From Hormiphora californensis (Eukaryota > Animalia > Ctenophora), in assembly GCA_020137815.1 (NCBI GenBank), contig CM035354.1, positions 2,232,001 through 2,296,000 on the forward strand: a stretch of DNA of 64,000 nt, written 5' to 3'. Both the position numbers and the translations under genes were made by a program. Each line of letters starts with the position of its first letter. The first letter of the stretch is position 1. Positions 1 through 11,200 of the stretch are shown here, in pieces. Under the pieces are notes generated by a model. It was not told the origin of the DNA and searched no databases. It saw nothing but the letters and a program-made list of their open reading frames with translations.

Positions 1-3000
1 CAGCAGCTGCCCATGCGGCCATACCTGCAGCTGTGGTGAGCTCCACTAGGCACCCCCTCTCCTTCCCGGCACCCCTTCCCCCCGGGCTGACAGACAGACT
101 GGTGAGAGAGAGAGAGACGCTGTCGCTTGTAGTGGAGAAACGGTAATGCATTACCGTAATGAGACCTACACTTTACGTAGCGTGCGGGTAATAAAGCACA
201 CTTTTTCAGTTAGATCAGGCTGAACTTGACATCAACATGTGTTTAGTACCCGCACGCTACGTTAAGTGTGCGTCTCATTACGGTAATATGTTACCGTTTC
301 TCCACTACAAGCGGCCGTGAGAGCGTGTTATGTGTGTGTGGGGGTTGATGTGATATATGGTGGAACACCACGTGATAGCTCTGACACCAGGAACCGACCG
401 AATCAGGAAATACTGGTTCCTGATTGGCTGATAACCAGTCACGTGACCTAAATAACGAGTTCTGATTGGTTGTTCACTTGTTTCGGTCGGTTCCTGTCTG
501 ACACTATAATAATGGTACACGTAGTAAGATAATTCCCTGTATTTACTTGTTGTCTCAGTCTCAACAAGTATTTACAGGGGTAGCTGCATTTCTAGTGTCC
601 CCTAGTACCATGTGTGTGTGTGTTCCAATACATGTTTGCATACCATGTTGTGGCTACTTTTCTTGCACGATGAAAAAAGATGAGCATGACCGACAAACAA
701 ACACACACACGCTTTCTGTGTATATCTCCCTTTTAACAGCTGTTTAACACGTGTTAATATGACACACTAAACATATTATTCAAGGATGAATTATATCTCA
801 AACTATCCTGTTTCTCAGAGAAAAGATGACGAGTTATTAAAGGCGCATAGTATACTCCGGACCCATCCTTTATCATCCCTTACACAACTACAACATCAGT
901 CCCTTGGTTAGTGTCTCTATAGAAACTAGAATTCTAGTGGTGAAAACGCGACGACATCCTTGATTCTCCGCACGACTGGCGCGGATATCCGCCAGTTTTA
1001 GCGCGGCCAACACAGAGACATCTCCCGCTCCGTTCGACTTTTTGATCAGTGATGTTAACCCAAATATATCCCCTCAACGTATCACCATGTTAACCCAAAT
1101 ATATCCCCTCAATGTATCACCATGGTAACCCAAATATATCCCCTCAACGTATCACCATGGTAACCCAAATATATCCCCTCAATGTATCACCATGGTAACC
1201 CAAATATATCCCCTCAATGTATAACCATGGTAACCCAAATATATCCCCCGCCAGGCCAGGATATCTTATTTTGGCAAAGTAACAGCATGCGAGAGTTAGC
1301 TGAGACGAATCCCCGGTTACTCTCCCTCTCGACCCTGTATCCGGTGGCAAAGGAGGACTTTGTCTTACATCTTTTCTACGCTCACAAGGATGAAGATAAG
1401 TGAGTCAGCTGATGATGTAAAAACTAAAATCCTCTCGATGTATCATCTCGTTCCTTCTTCCTTTTACCTCTTCCAAACCCCTCGTTCTCTACTCCCTCAC
1501 CCACTCTAACTCCCGTCTCCCTTCTTCCCCGCTCTCTAATTTCTCCCCCTAACCCCACTCTCCCTCCTCCATTGCAGGTATCTGGTAGCATGGACGTTTA
1601 TCAACTGTGCAGTGCAACGCAGTGCCGAGATAGCCCTCACGATATTCGCCCGATTTAACCCGGTCACCCAGAAACAAGCGGAACTGGTCGTTATGAACCA
1701 CTCAATAGAATGGGTCGCATCGGCCATTAATATCTTCTGTAAAGCCATCTTTCACCTTTCGTTGGACAATGTGCACGAGCACCTTCAGAAGCGGCTCCAC
1801 TCCTCCTGTGACTGGGAGCGGATAGAGAACGGCGCTGACAAGTTAAAGAACTGTTTGGACCTGTTGGAACGGGTTGTGTACGCCAAGAACGAGTGTGATT
1901 ATGCAATCAATTTGAAGGAGTTGGAGTTAGCTGGTCCGGCATCCTTCCTTGAGTACTTCTATAACAACTGGAACAATAAGAAGGATTTCTGGGTGTATTA
2001 CATTCAGCAGAGAACGGCAGAGGCCCTGAAGAGTTCCCATCTCGAGAAACAGGAGAGTAAGATCGAGAACTTCCTTACTATCAACAGGAAGAGTTTAACG
2101 AGTTGTATCAGTTTGTTAATGCTCTTTGGAGAGGCTCCAGATCGGTTAAATGCCCACCTCAGCCTCCTTGAGAGTCAGGAAAGTAAGCCCGTGGTACATT
2201 TGACGCCCTCTCCAGCCGATATAAAACCTAATATTGTCCACCACTCACCCGCCCACGGCCAACCCCCCGGTAACACGAGGAATTTCGGGTCCGTCAGTCC
2301 TTCTTACGATCCCCCGAGTTACAATCAGGGGGATTACAAACGGGAAAAACGGGACTCTGATGATAATAATCCGGGATCGCCAAACAACGAAAACACACCG
2401 GTGAGTTTGAACGGGGTTTAAAGTGAGAGTGGAACGACACAGAATTAGACAAGATTGTTGTAAGACTAGTAGAGATTAGTTATCGGAGCTGAGCAGTCTG
2501 CCTTTGATAACGGAGATATTTTTGATACAACTGGAGAATTTCTTGCTCTGTATTCTCTCTGTAGGCAGCACATCGGGTATGCCTGGGCGCACACACATAC
2601 ATAATACATGTTGCAATGCTACACTGTTTTGTGGGACTACACTGTTTTGTGGGACTAAAGTCACCAAGACAATAGAGAGATTTCAGAATTTAGATGCAAT
2701 ACAAATTGTGTGCAGTTATACCTAATTTCCATGTGTATCTCCCCCATTTACATGTGCCCTCACTCCATCCCCCCTAATTGCACCCCCTAGGCCTTCCCAT
2801 TGCAGTCCTAACCCCCTCCCCCTCATTGCAGTCCTAACCCCCTCCCCCTCATTGCAGTCCTAACCCCCTCCCCCTCATTGCAGTCCTAACCCCCTTCCCC
2901 TCATTCCAGTCCTAACCCCCTTCCCCTCATTCCAGTCCTAACCCCCCTCCCCTCATTCCAGTCCTAACCCCCTTCCCCTCATTCCAGTCGAACGCGGAGT

Positions 3001-3736
3001 ACAGTCCGGAGTACGGGGTTGCCGACAGAAAGTTTGGACAGTGGAAAAACGGTGCAGTGGACTACCAAAATAACAGTAATAGCCCCCGGACAAGGGAAGG
3101 AACGAGGTCGGGAGGCGGTGGTGGTGGTGGAGGGGATGAGGAAGAGGGCCAGGAAAACACACAGGTAAATGTACATTGCAGATATCACGTGTTGTATTGA
3201 GTGACATATCATGTGGTATTTTGTAAGGCACTGACTGTACCATCTCGCACGCTTGATCGCGGAGAGGACAGTCTTATTATATGAGACAAGTGGTATTGGT
3301 ATCATCTTTCTGATGTACATTACCAATTGTACTAACTACTAAAAGTGGTGTGTATCTGAGTTTTAACACCCCCTTCTTATTTCAGGATTGTTCGGGTAGC
3401 GAGGGAGAGGAAGAGAGTTCTCCAGTTCGACAGTCCGCCCACCCGCCTCCCCAGTTCCCTGTATCGAGGAGTAGCAACTACCCCGCCTTCAACCCGGCCC
3501 TCTTCCCTCCTACACCCGTATCGCCTCAGTTCCTTCCCCGTCACACCTTTATGGCCCCTCCGGGGTCCTTTCCAGCGCCCTACCTTCACTCTGGGTCAAG
3601 AGACTTTCCCGCCCTAACTCGGCCCATGTTCCCGCCCACGGCCCATGCGGTGCCGGGTGGGGGCCGGGACGCCTTTAACCAGTCCATACACACTCCAGCC
3701 GACCGAGAGGGTAGCCCCTTTACGAGGTCACAATAG
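1..3736 (+). CDS. MULE-transposase-derived (ZSWIM1/3-like) protein, catalytically degenerate; 5' partial; exons <1-101, 819-906, 1255-1399, 1578-2400, 2988-3164, 3386-3736
   Basis: All five introns are GT-AG and phase-consistent. The spliced peptide ILFWQSNSMRELAETNPRLLSLSTLYPVAKEDFVLHLFYAHKDEDKYLVAWTFIN...FARFNP...VVMNHS...LLERVVYAKNECDYAINLKELELAGPASFLEYFYNNWNNKKDFWV follows the MULE/ZSWIM3 domain pattern (IFFQxxxM..F..YPExxxxDxTY; FKxxNP; xADKD; YFxxNWxxxxxxWV). The C-terminal tail is Pro/Ser-rich. Family assigned by eye. Confidence 0.75.
125..313. mobile_element. Foldback/MITE with ~65-bp terminal inverted repeats, in intron 1
   Basis: CGCTTGTAGTGGAGAAACGGTAA... at 125 is the reverse complement of ...TTACCGTTTCTCCACTACAAGCG ending at 313. 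No clear TSD. Confidence 0.7.
388..496 (-). mobile_element. 109-bp hAT-type MITE (CAGGAACCGACCGAA family), copy 1
   Basis: 15-bp TIR CAGGAACCGACCGAA; 8-bp TSD TCTGACAC at 380-387 and 497-504. Confidence 0.9.
1055..1250 (+). repeat. Minisatellite, ~37-bp unit x5, ending at the splice acceptor (1254)
   Basis: GTAACCCAAATATATCCCCTCAA(C/T)GTATCACCATG repeated; the last unit runs into ...ATATCCCCCGCCAG|exon. Confidence 0.9.
2795..2989 (+). repeat. Minisatellite, ~26-bp unit, containing the splice acceptor
   Basis: CTAACCCCC(T)CCCCTCATT(G/C)CAG|TC repeated about 7-8 times; the final copy is the functional acceptor at 2987. Confidence 0.9.
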
Positions 3737-6468
3737 CACAGACTGAGAGAACTAAACAACAATTTAATTCAGTTAACAACATGCAGCTCTCCGGGGTAAT
3801 ATTGATTGAGTTGATTGATATAGCTGCCCCCACCCCTGTGTTGTTGTTATGGGAGAGAGAGATATGGTCTGTTATAACTAGCTTGAACAACTTATGACAT
3901 TACAGAGAGAGAATATTAATGACAGAAAGAGAAAGTGAGATGTGGGTGAATGAGAGAGAGAGTGAGCATTGCTTTTAGTGAGAGAGAGTTATGGGTATAC
4001 ATTATACGCACCGTACAGTACATAACACACATGTGTACATTGTACACTGTGTACACATGTACACATGTACTATGTTTCTGTGCGGTGATTTTAACATTTT
4101 ATTCATTGTATCTCTTAACGAATATATATTTATTTTGCTAATAGAGCACCCCCCATGATGCCCCCTGGACGTCTCGTAGGGCGTGAAGGAGATGTTTAGT
4201 GACTCGGTTGCCCTACGAAGTGTCTGGGGTCATTTCCGCAGCAGCAGCAGGTCTTTGAGATGGAGAGAGCGTGAGAGAATGAGATGAGTATAGGAATATA
4301 AATAAAGATGTATTGGTTGATATAGCTTCTTTTGATTAGGGTGTTTAGGATTTAAAGAAGAGAGAGAGAGAGAGAGAGCGAAGTTGGTTGATCCCATATC
4401 TACCCCCATAAAATAGTTGTCACACCCCCTTGCTTGGTGTTCCTCTTGATATACGATTGGTTATGTAAGGAGAGCACTTCCTTCTTCCGTCTACACACCT
4501 GATTATACAATACTGTCCCACATAATGAGAAGGTTGGAGAAGAGAGAATGTGAGAAAGATTTATTTTTAGCAAAGATGAAATTTTTATCATTTTGAATGC
4601 AAGAAGTTTGGAAAATATTACTTTGCTAACAAAAGGCAGCGGACTAACCAACCACTCTAGCTCCGATTGGGTTATTTCTAGTGTCATGACCTTGGTGACA
4701 TTGGCAACTCGTACAGAGAGGTAGCAATGGTACCATATACCATGGTATGACCACAATCAATATCCAATGTACTCTCCCAACATATAGTCCGCTGCCTACA
4801 CTAAAACTAGCATCCTGATGCTGGGTCAAAAATCACAAGGTCCACTGTTCACACCAACGCCTCCCCTCCGTCTTCACACCACACGACTCACGAGGTTCAC
4901 CCCTCCTTCACACCACCCCATCCCCCCTTCACACCATCATCTCCCCAAGGCATGCTGATATGGCATCTCCCGGCTGAATCAGGTGACGCTGAATATTGAG
5001 CTATTCACTAGTGTGTGTGTCCCCCTCATCTTTTACAGGGTGTGTGTGTATCTCAATGCAGTCACCCCACCCCCTCTCTCTGTGCCCTAATACCATACTC
5101 TCTCTGTGTGTGCCCTTTTACTATACCAATGGTATTACCATGTCCCATTCACAAATGTGATCATATAGCTCAATTTAATTCAAGTTCAGAGCCTAATAAG
5201 GTGGGTTCCCAGGACACTGTAGTTGTAGCTCTCATTTCAACAGCCTTTGTATAGTTAGTGTACCCAGCTGCACTTCGTGTTAACTTAATTCAAACTCTTC
5301 CCCCCCCCTCTCTCTCTCTTTCTCTCTCTATCTCTCTCTCTCTCTCTCTTTCTCTCTCTTTTACTCTATCTTTCTCTCTTTATCCATTCAATGTCAATAA
5401 AACTCACATCTGCTTATAACAGTCCCCACCCTGTTATGCAGTGTCTACACTTACATTATTATAGCCACACACTTTCTCATGAGGTGTTATCAGAGAGATA
5501 GGACAGAAAGAGAGAGAAAGAGAAAGAGAGAGAGAGGGATAGCATGTATATCTATTTACACGTGGTACAACATCTATTCTATGTGGGCTGATTGTTCCTT
5601 TTGATTTGTACCCCGATCACGCTACTGCAGTGCAATGCTCTTTGATCCAATGGCTTTGTCCATGTAATTATCACGTTATTATGTGACATGCCTTCAAAGA
5701 ATTGGAAAAACATTCCACACGTTGCTATGACCGCTATAATATGGCTGTCTCGAGCTCAAATTTCCACAATAATTCATGAATTCAACTTCAAGTCATGTTT
5801 ATTGCTTGATCATTGATCCAAAACACCATGTCAGCATTCCGTTTCCTAGTTTGTTCAATTTGAACTTGACGGAAGGCGCGGAACGCACTGCGCAGGACGC
5901 AGATTCAAATGTACTGCGTGTATGTACATTTTACACACGCGCGAGTGTGTCTCGTATTTCGGCTCCTGCCCCCTTGTTCGGTAACTGGGGTACTGCTGCT
6001 GCTGCTGTTATTGTTTTGTGACACACACTGTAATGTCATTATTCTTGACACACTGTACTCTCATTTATTATGATCTATTATATTGCTCAATTGTGCTGGC
6101 ATTTGCTTGCCTAGCTCGACCCTCTTTTCGCGAGGAGGGTTAGAACTGAGCTGTCAGAGCATTGGCCTGACCCTATTCTGTGGTCAGAGCATTGGCCTGA
6201 CAGGAACTGAGAACATAACAAGTATTTGCTATTTGTGCTTCGTGAGTCACCGCTGCCCTTACTCAACAATTATGTGCCGGGGTTCAGTTGAATAGATTCC
6301 GAAACGGTATTTCATTTTGACCACAGTTACCGACCACTGCACAATTTATCTCCATGCTTATTTTACTCAACAAATGCTTATGGTTTCCCCCTTACTCAAC
6401 AACTTATGGTAGGAGTTGCCTTGTTCGACCCTCCCTCCCCGCGCCCCGCGACTTTTTTTTTATGCTCT

Positions 6469-6660
6469 CTTTTCGCAGCGTGTTCGTCTCAACGTTGCGC
6501 GTCGCGGGTGATCGAGCTAACCCGGGTGGGCGAGCTAACAATAGTGAACTTCCATGCGTTATAGTACATCGCGCGCATGTAATTGCACTATTGTTAGCTT
6601 GTTCGCCCGGGTTTGGTACAGTCTGCGACGCGCAGTGTTGAGACGAACACGTTCCGAAAA
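6469..6660. mobile_element. Imperfect palindromic MITE-like element
   Basis: TTTTCGCAGCGTGTTCGTCTCAAC... pairs with ...GTTGAGACGAACACGTTCCGAAAA; internal GCTAACAATAGTG pairs with CACTATTGTTAGC. Confidence 0.6.
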
Positions 6661-7300
6661 TGCAGGATAATAAAATAAAATAAAAAGGTTTGAACAAAAC
6701 AAGGTAGGAGTCTGTCAAGTAGTGCCAACCCAATCTGAGCCTGTTTTGTGTGTCAGACCTTGATGACACTGACAGATCTAATCTGAGCACACTGAGAATC
6801 TCAATGATATCGGATCGTCTGATGGCGCTAGTATAGACAGACGGGAATGGGTAGTAGGGGGATGGGCTTGCCTTGCTCGACCCTATTTCCCGCGGCCACA
6901 AATGTAAAGAAGGGTTAGGACATAGCAATTGGGGGAGGGTGTTGCAGCTTCTCATGACCTTCTTGTTGAGTAAGGGGGAAGAGTGTGAGACACTCTTCCC
7001 CCTTACTCAACAATGACCTTCTGAACGTTACTATTTCCGGTTTGAACAAAATGAAAGATTGTCTCTGAAACCGAACACTATGATAACAGTTGTACAGATA
7101 TATTCGCATATTATCTAACGGGGGCATATAACACGTATTTAATTCCTGTCACATGAATATAATAACAAACCATGCACCCGCCGCTGAGAAAGGTCTATTT
7201 CTCTTTTCTTACTAGTTTTTCATCATGTTGTCTGGCACCGCCGACAGTTCGTCATGTTTTCTGATGAGCTTCAGATGACTGATTTGTTGTCGAATATTCC

Positions 7301-7981
7301 TCACGAATCTTCTGAGTCATCTTCTGAGTCATCTTCTGAGTCATCTTCTGAGTCATCTTCTGAGTCATCTTCTGAGTCTTCTGAGTCATCTTCTGAGTCA
7401 TCTCCTGAGTCATCTTCTAAGTCATCTTCTGAGTCATCTTCTGGGTCATCTTCTGAGACATCTTCTGGGTCATCTTCTGAGTCATCTTCTGATTCATCTT
7501 CTGAGTCATCTTCTGAGTCATCTTCTGGGTCATCTTCTGGGTCATCTTCTGGGTCATCTTCTGAGTCATCTTCTGAGTCATCTTCTAAGTCATCTTCTGG
7601 GTCATCTTCTGGGTCATCTTCTGGGTCATCTTCTAAGTCATCTTCTAAGTCATCTTCTGGAGCGTCATTACCGTCAGCTATTTTCAGTTCCGCTTCGTAC
7701 AGTTCGTACAGTGGTAGATCTACAACAGGTTGCCCATCAGACCCAACACGAACCTCCACCTCTCCAGCTCCTTTTGCACGCTCCCTGTCAACGTATCTCT
7801 GGCAAAGTGCCCGATTTTGCTGACATTCGTCCTTGAAAAATGCATTTTGGGTCTCATCTCCCATTGCACCGGTCTCCAGCAGCTCAAACTCATCCAGCTC
7901 CGTATCTGAGGAGTCTTCCGGGATTTTCCAAGCCCTTGTCAGAGCAAACAGAGTAACTAAAATTAGGAGAACAACCTTCAT
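7301..7981 (-). CDS. Secreted, highly acidic protein (226 aa) with a C-terminal (D-D-S/P/L-E)n repeat
   Basis: Single ORF starting at MKVVLLILVTLFALTRA (signal-peptide-like), then ~90 aa of unique sequence with 2 Cys, then a 12-bp tandem repeat (GAAGATGACTCA-type) encoding EDDS/EDDP/EDDL up to the stop. Confidence 0.8.
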   Translation of the reverse strand: MKVVLLILVTLFALTRAWKIPEDSSDTELDEFELLETGAMGDETQNAFFKDECQQNRALCQRYVDRERAKGAGEVEVRVGSDGQPVVDLPLYELYEAELKIADGNDAPEDDLEDDLEDDPEDDPEDDPEDDLEDDSEDDSEDDPEDDPEDDPEDDSEDDSEDESEDDSEDDPEDVSEDDPEDDSEDDLEDDSGDDSEDDSEDSEDDSEDDSEDDSEDDSEDDSEDS

Positions 7982-8206
7982 TTTACAGGGGGTGTCTAAA
8001 AGCAGCATGCACGTCACAATTCGGGGGTTTTGCGTCACCCGCTTCCTTTACTCCTTCATAAAAGATACCGTTAAGTGTAGAGTTGCTTGTTAGACCGTTA
8101 TCAGTGCAGGAAGGAGCTAGAGCTAGAGAGCTGATAACACCACATCTCTGCAGTTTGTCATGTTCCGTATGATATGTGAACCTTGTAATACTGCTGCGAG
8201 GATATC

Positions 8207-11200
8207 ATGGTAATGGAATGGGACAGCTTTGCAGAGACTACATTGGATTCTGATAAGGTATGACACGATTGATGGGTTCAACCTGTTTGTACCTGTCTGA
8301 CGGCGCCAGACCCTGATTTGATTCTCAGTTGTTGAGTAACAAATTCTCAAATGCGGTCCGCGGCGCCAGACAGGTTTGTGTTCTTGTTGAATTCAAATTG
8401 CAGTAAGTTCTTGTCTAGCTTGAATCTGGATCATGTAAAAACTAGTTGATGCTCATAAACATTCATCCTCTCCCTCCCTCTCTGATCCCTCCCTCCCTCC
8501 GGCCTCCCTCCCTCCCCTAGAAAAAGGCGGCTGATAGGCAGGCCAGGACAGCTACTAGTGACGATGATTTAGACGGGTGTAGGGTGGTGTTAAATCCCGG
8601 ACAATTTATAGATGACTACCTGTGGAGATTAAACCTACGCGACAACAAGGTATTATGATTGAGGACCTCAACTTGAGGTGCTTTGTTAAGCGACGCGTTT
8701 TGAAAACTTCGAAACTTCCTCGTCAAATTACGGGATTTGTTAGATCTAGGTTCTAATCCATTTCCTCTCTCTCCCCAGTTATTAATCCTGGAGGTTTTTT
8801 TGTCACTGCTAGTTCTCAACATCACCAATACTTTCGTTATTTTTGGAAGTTCTGTGGACAAGAAACAACTTGGGTAAGTACCCAGCTGTCCGAGCATTGG
8901 CCTGACAGCCCCTTAACAAAGTCTAACCCGAACCGAACCGTAGCGACGTTGGTTGCTCAGACATATATAATACACAGAACTTATGCACAACAATCACAAT
9001 ATACTTTTCAAATCATTTTACTATCCCAAACCGAATACTTTTCTAACCTGATTTGGCTGCGACGTGCCCAATAACCTGACTCTCTCTCACCAGGGAATGC
9101 GGTACAGACGGTGAACTATGTGGCAATGGCACAATGCTGTGTAAACTCACCCAATCCTTCTCTGATTTCACCCTCAAATCCTCCTACATGCTGGAGTTCG
9201 GGCTGTTCTGCGGCAATGAGAATGAAAGTAATGAGGTCTATGGACTTGGTTTAGGTAGGTAGCGCTCTTGCTGGCGCCGCCCACCCCATCTGAGCGCACT
9301 GAGAATCAAATGGGGTTTGGCGCCGCCATACAGCAGGTAGCTCTCGCTCATTCTCTGATCATGAAGACCCTTTCTCTTGTGTTCTCCTGTCAGGCCAATG
9401 ATAATATAGTACTATAGTAGGGTGGGTTCTGGGAAGTTTGGTAATGAAATTACGGATTACCCCTCCGCGTTAATATGGCTCACAATAAAAGGGGTGACTT
9501 CGTAACCAACTGGGAAGTCTAGAACTTTAAACTTGACTTGCTGGTATTCCCTATCTCTCTCGCGGCTGTTGATTGGTCAGCTTTGCTCATTGATTGAAGA
9601 TTGTCAGCTGACAGTTGAGCCTTATTTTCTAAACAGTAATATTCCCTATCTCTCCTAACAGGTTTAGGTGCCCTAGTTGGAGGATTAATCGGGGACATTG
9701 GCCGGCGGGAGATTCCCATGATATTGGGTCTATTTACCCTGAACGTTGCCTTGGTAACGCTTGGAGCATGTGGAACAGTCAGTATGTTCACCATAGCGAC
9801 CTTCTCACTGGGTAGGTAAACCCAGCGTGTCTGTCCTGTCTGGCGGCGCCAGACCTCAGACAGCTCAGACGGGGTCGGCGGCGCCAGACAGTGTCTGTCT
9901 GGTTTATGTTCCGAATCTATCGGCTCTCACACTGTGCCGGAGGGGCGAGGCGTTTCATAGCGTGAAAGGCAGCCAGCGTAGCCGACCCGATCTGAGCGCA
10001 CTGTCTAATCGGGGTCTAATCAACACGGAGTCTGGACTCTGGTGCTGCTAGAGAGTCCATTCTAGTTAGCAAGAGAAAATCCGTTCAATAAAAAACCTAC
10101 TTATTTTCAGGTTTTGCAGTGTCAATGATAGAGGTGGCAGTGGTGGTGACAGTCATTGAGCTCCTACCCTTCCATCTTCACCTGGCCTTTCTTGTCGCTC
10201 ATGATGTCATTACCACGTAGGTACAATCAATAATTTCGGGAATTATGTTGCCAATTGCTTTAGTGTGGCTCATAACTGTCAGAGCATTGACCTGACCCTA
10301 CTCTCATTTCTTTCAAGAACCGCAGTCAGAGCAAATTGGCCTGAATTACTCCCCCTTACTCAACAAGGCCTGACAGGCTCACGTCATTTTATGTGTGAGG
10401 GTTCGGTCGATCACATTTGCTTACCAAATAAATCCCAGGTTCAGTGTGTATTTTGGCTTCATGATGAGGTTTCTCTTCCCGACCTCTTGGAGGGTGTTTG
10501 TGGTGATCTGTTGGATTCTAAACCTCATACCTCTATCCCTGATCTACCACCTCCCAGCCTCCCCCCGACACAAAGTCAATAGGGAGTTCAAACGTGCAGT
10601 GGTCAGCCTATCTAGACTTGGCATTCAGTGAGTATAATTTGGAGCAGGAACCGACCGACACAAGTAGACAACCAATCAGAACTCGTTATTTAGGTCACAT
10701 GATCGGTCGACAATCAATCAGAACTCGTTATTTAGGTCACATGATCGGTCGGTTCCTGATTTGGAGAGTTTTTAAGAGTTTTCAACTTGTTGTGATCATT
10801 GATCACTGATCTTACTCCAATTTTGTTTCGGCAACTCTCCCACTTTTAACAATCCCAATTTTCCAATTATTCCCCATCATTCCACCCAATTACTCTCCCA
10901 ATAATCCCCCAGGGTCCCGGAAAGTGAGGCGGTGTTAGAGCAGAGAGACCGAGCTCTCAGTTTCAGTTCAATCTTCACCCAATAATCCCCCAGGGTCCCG
11001 GAAAGTGAGGCGGTGTTAGAGCAGAGAGACCGAGCTCTCAGTTTCAGTTCCATCTTCGATTACAGATCCCACCGGCGGATCCTGGCTATTGTGCTACTGT
11101 TGTGCTCTCTGGATGCCATTGTTTCCCTTACCAACACACCCACCGCTGGACAGGTATAGGCTGTTAGTTAATTACCAATGATTGATAATTAGCGATAATT

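Noticed and set aside
305-520. Recurrent peptide [36 protein letters not shown]
   Set aside because: Translation of the hAT MITE, not a protein domain.
4140-5800. Possible minus-strand exons between the MULE-like gene and the acidic gene
   Set aside because: Some splice-like signals, but I could not assemble a phase-consistent ORF or recognise a motif.
7254-7823. Ser-rich plus-strand ORF
   Set aside because: Antisense shadow of the acidic protein; only the minus-strand ORF has a signal peptide and sensible unique sequence.
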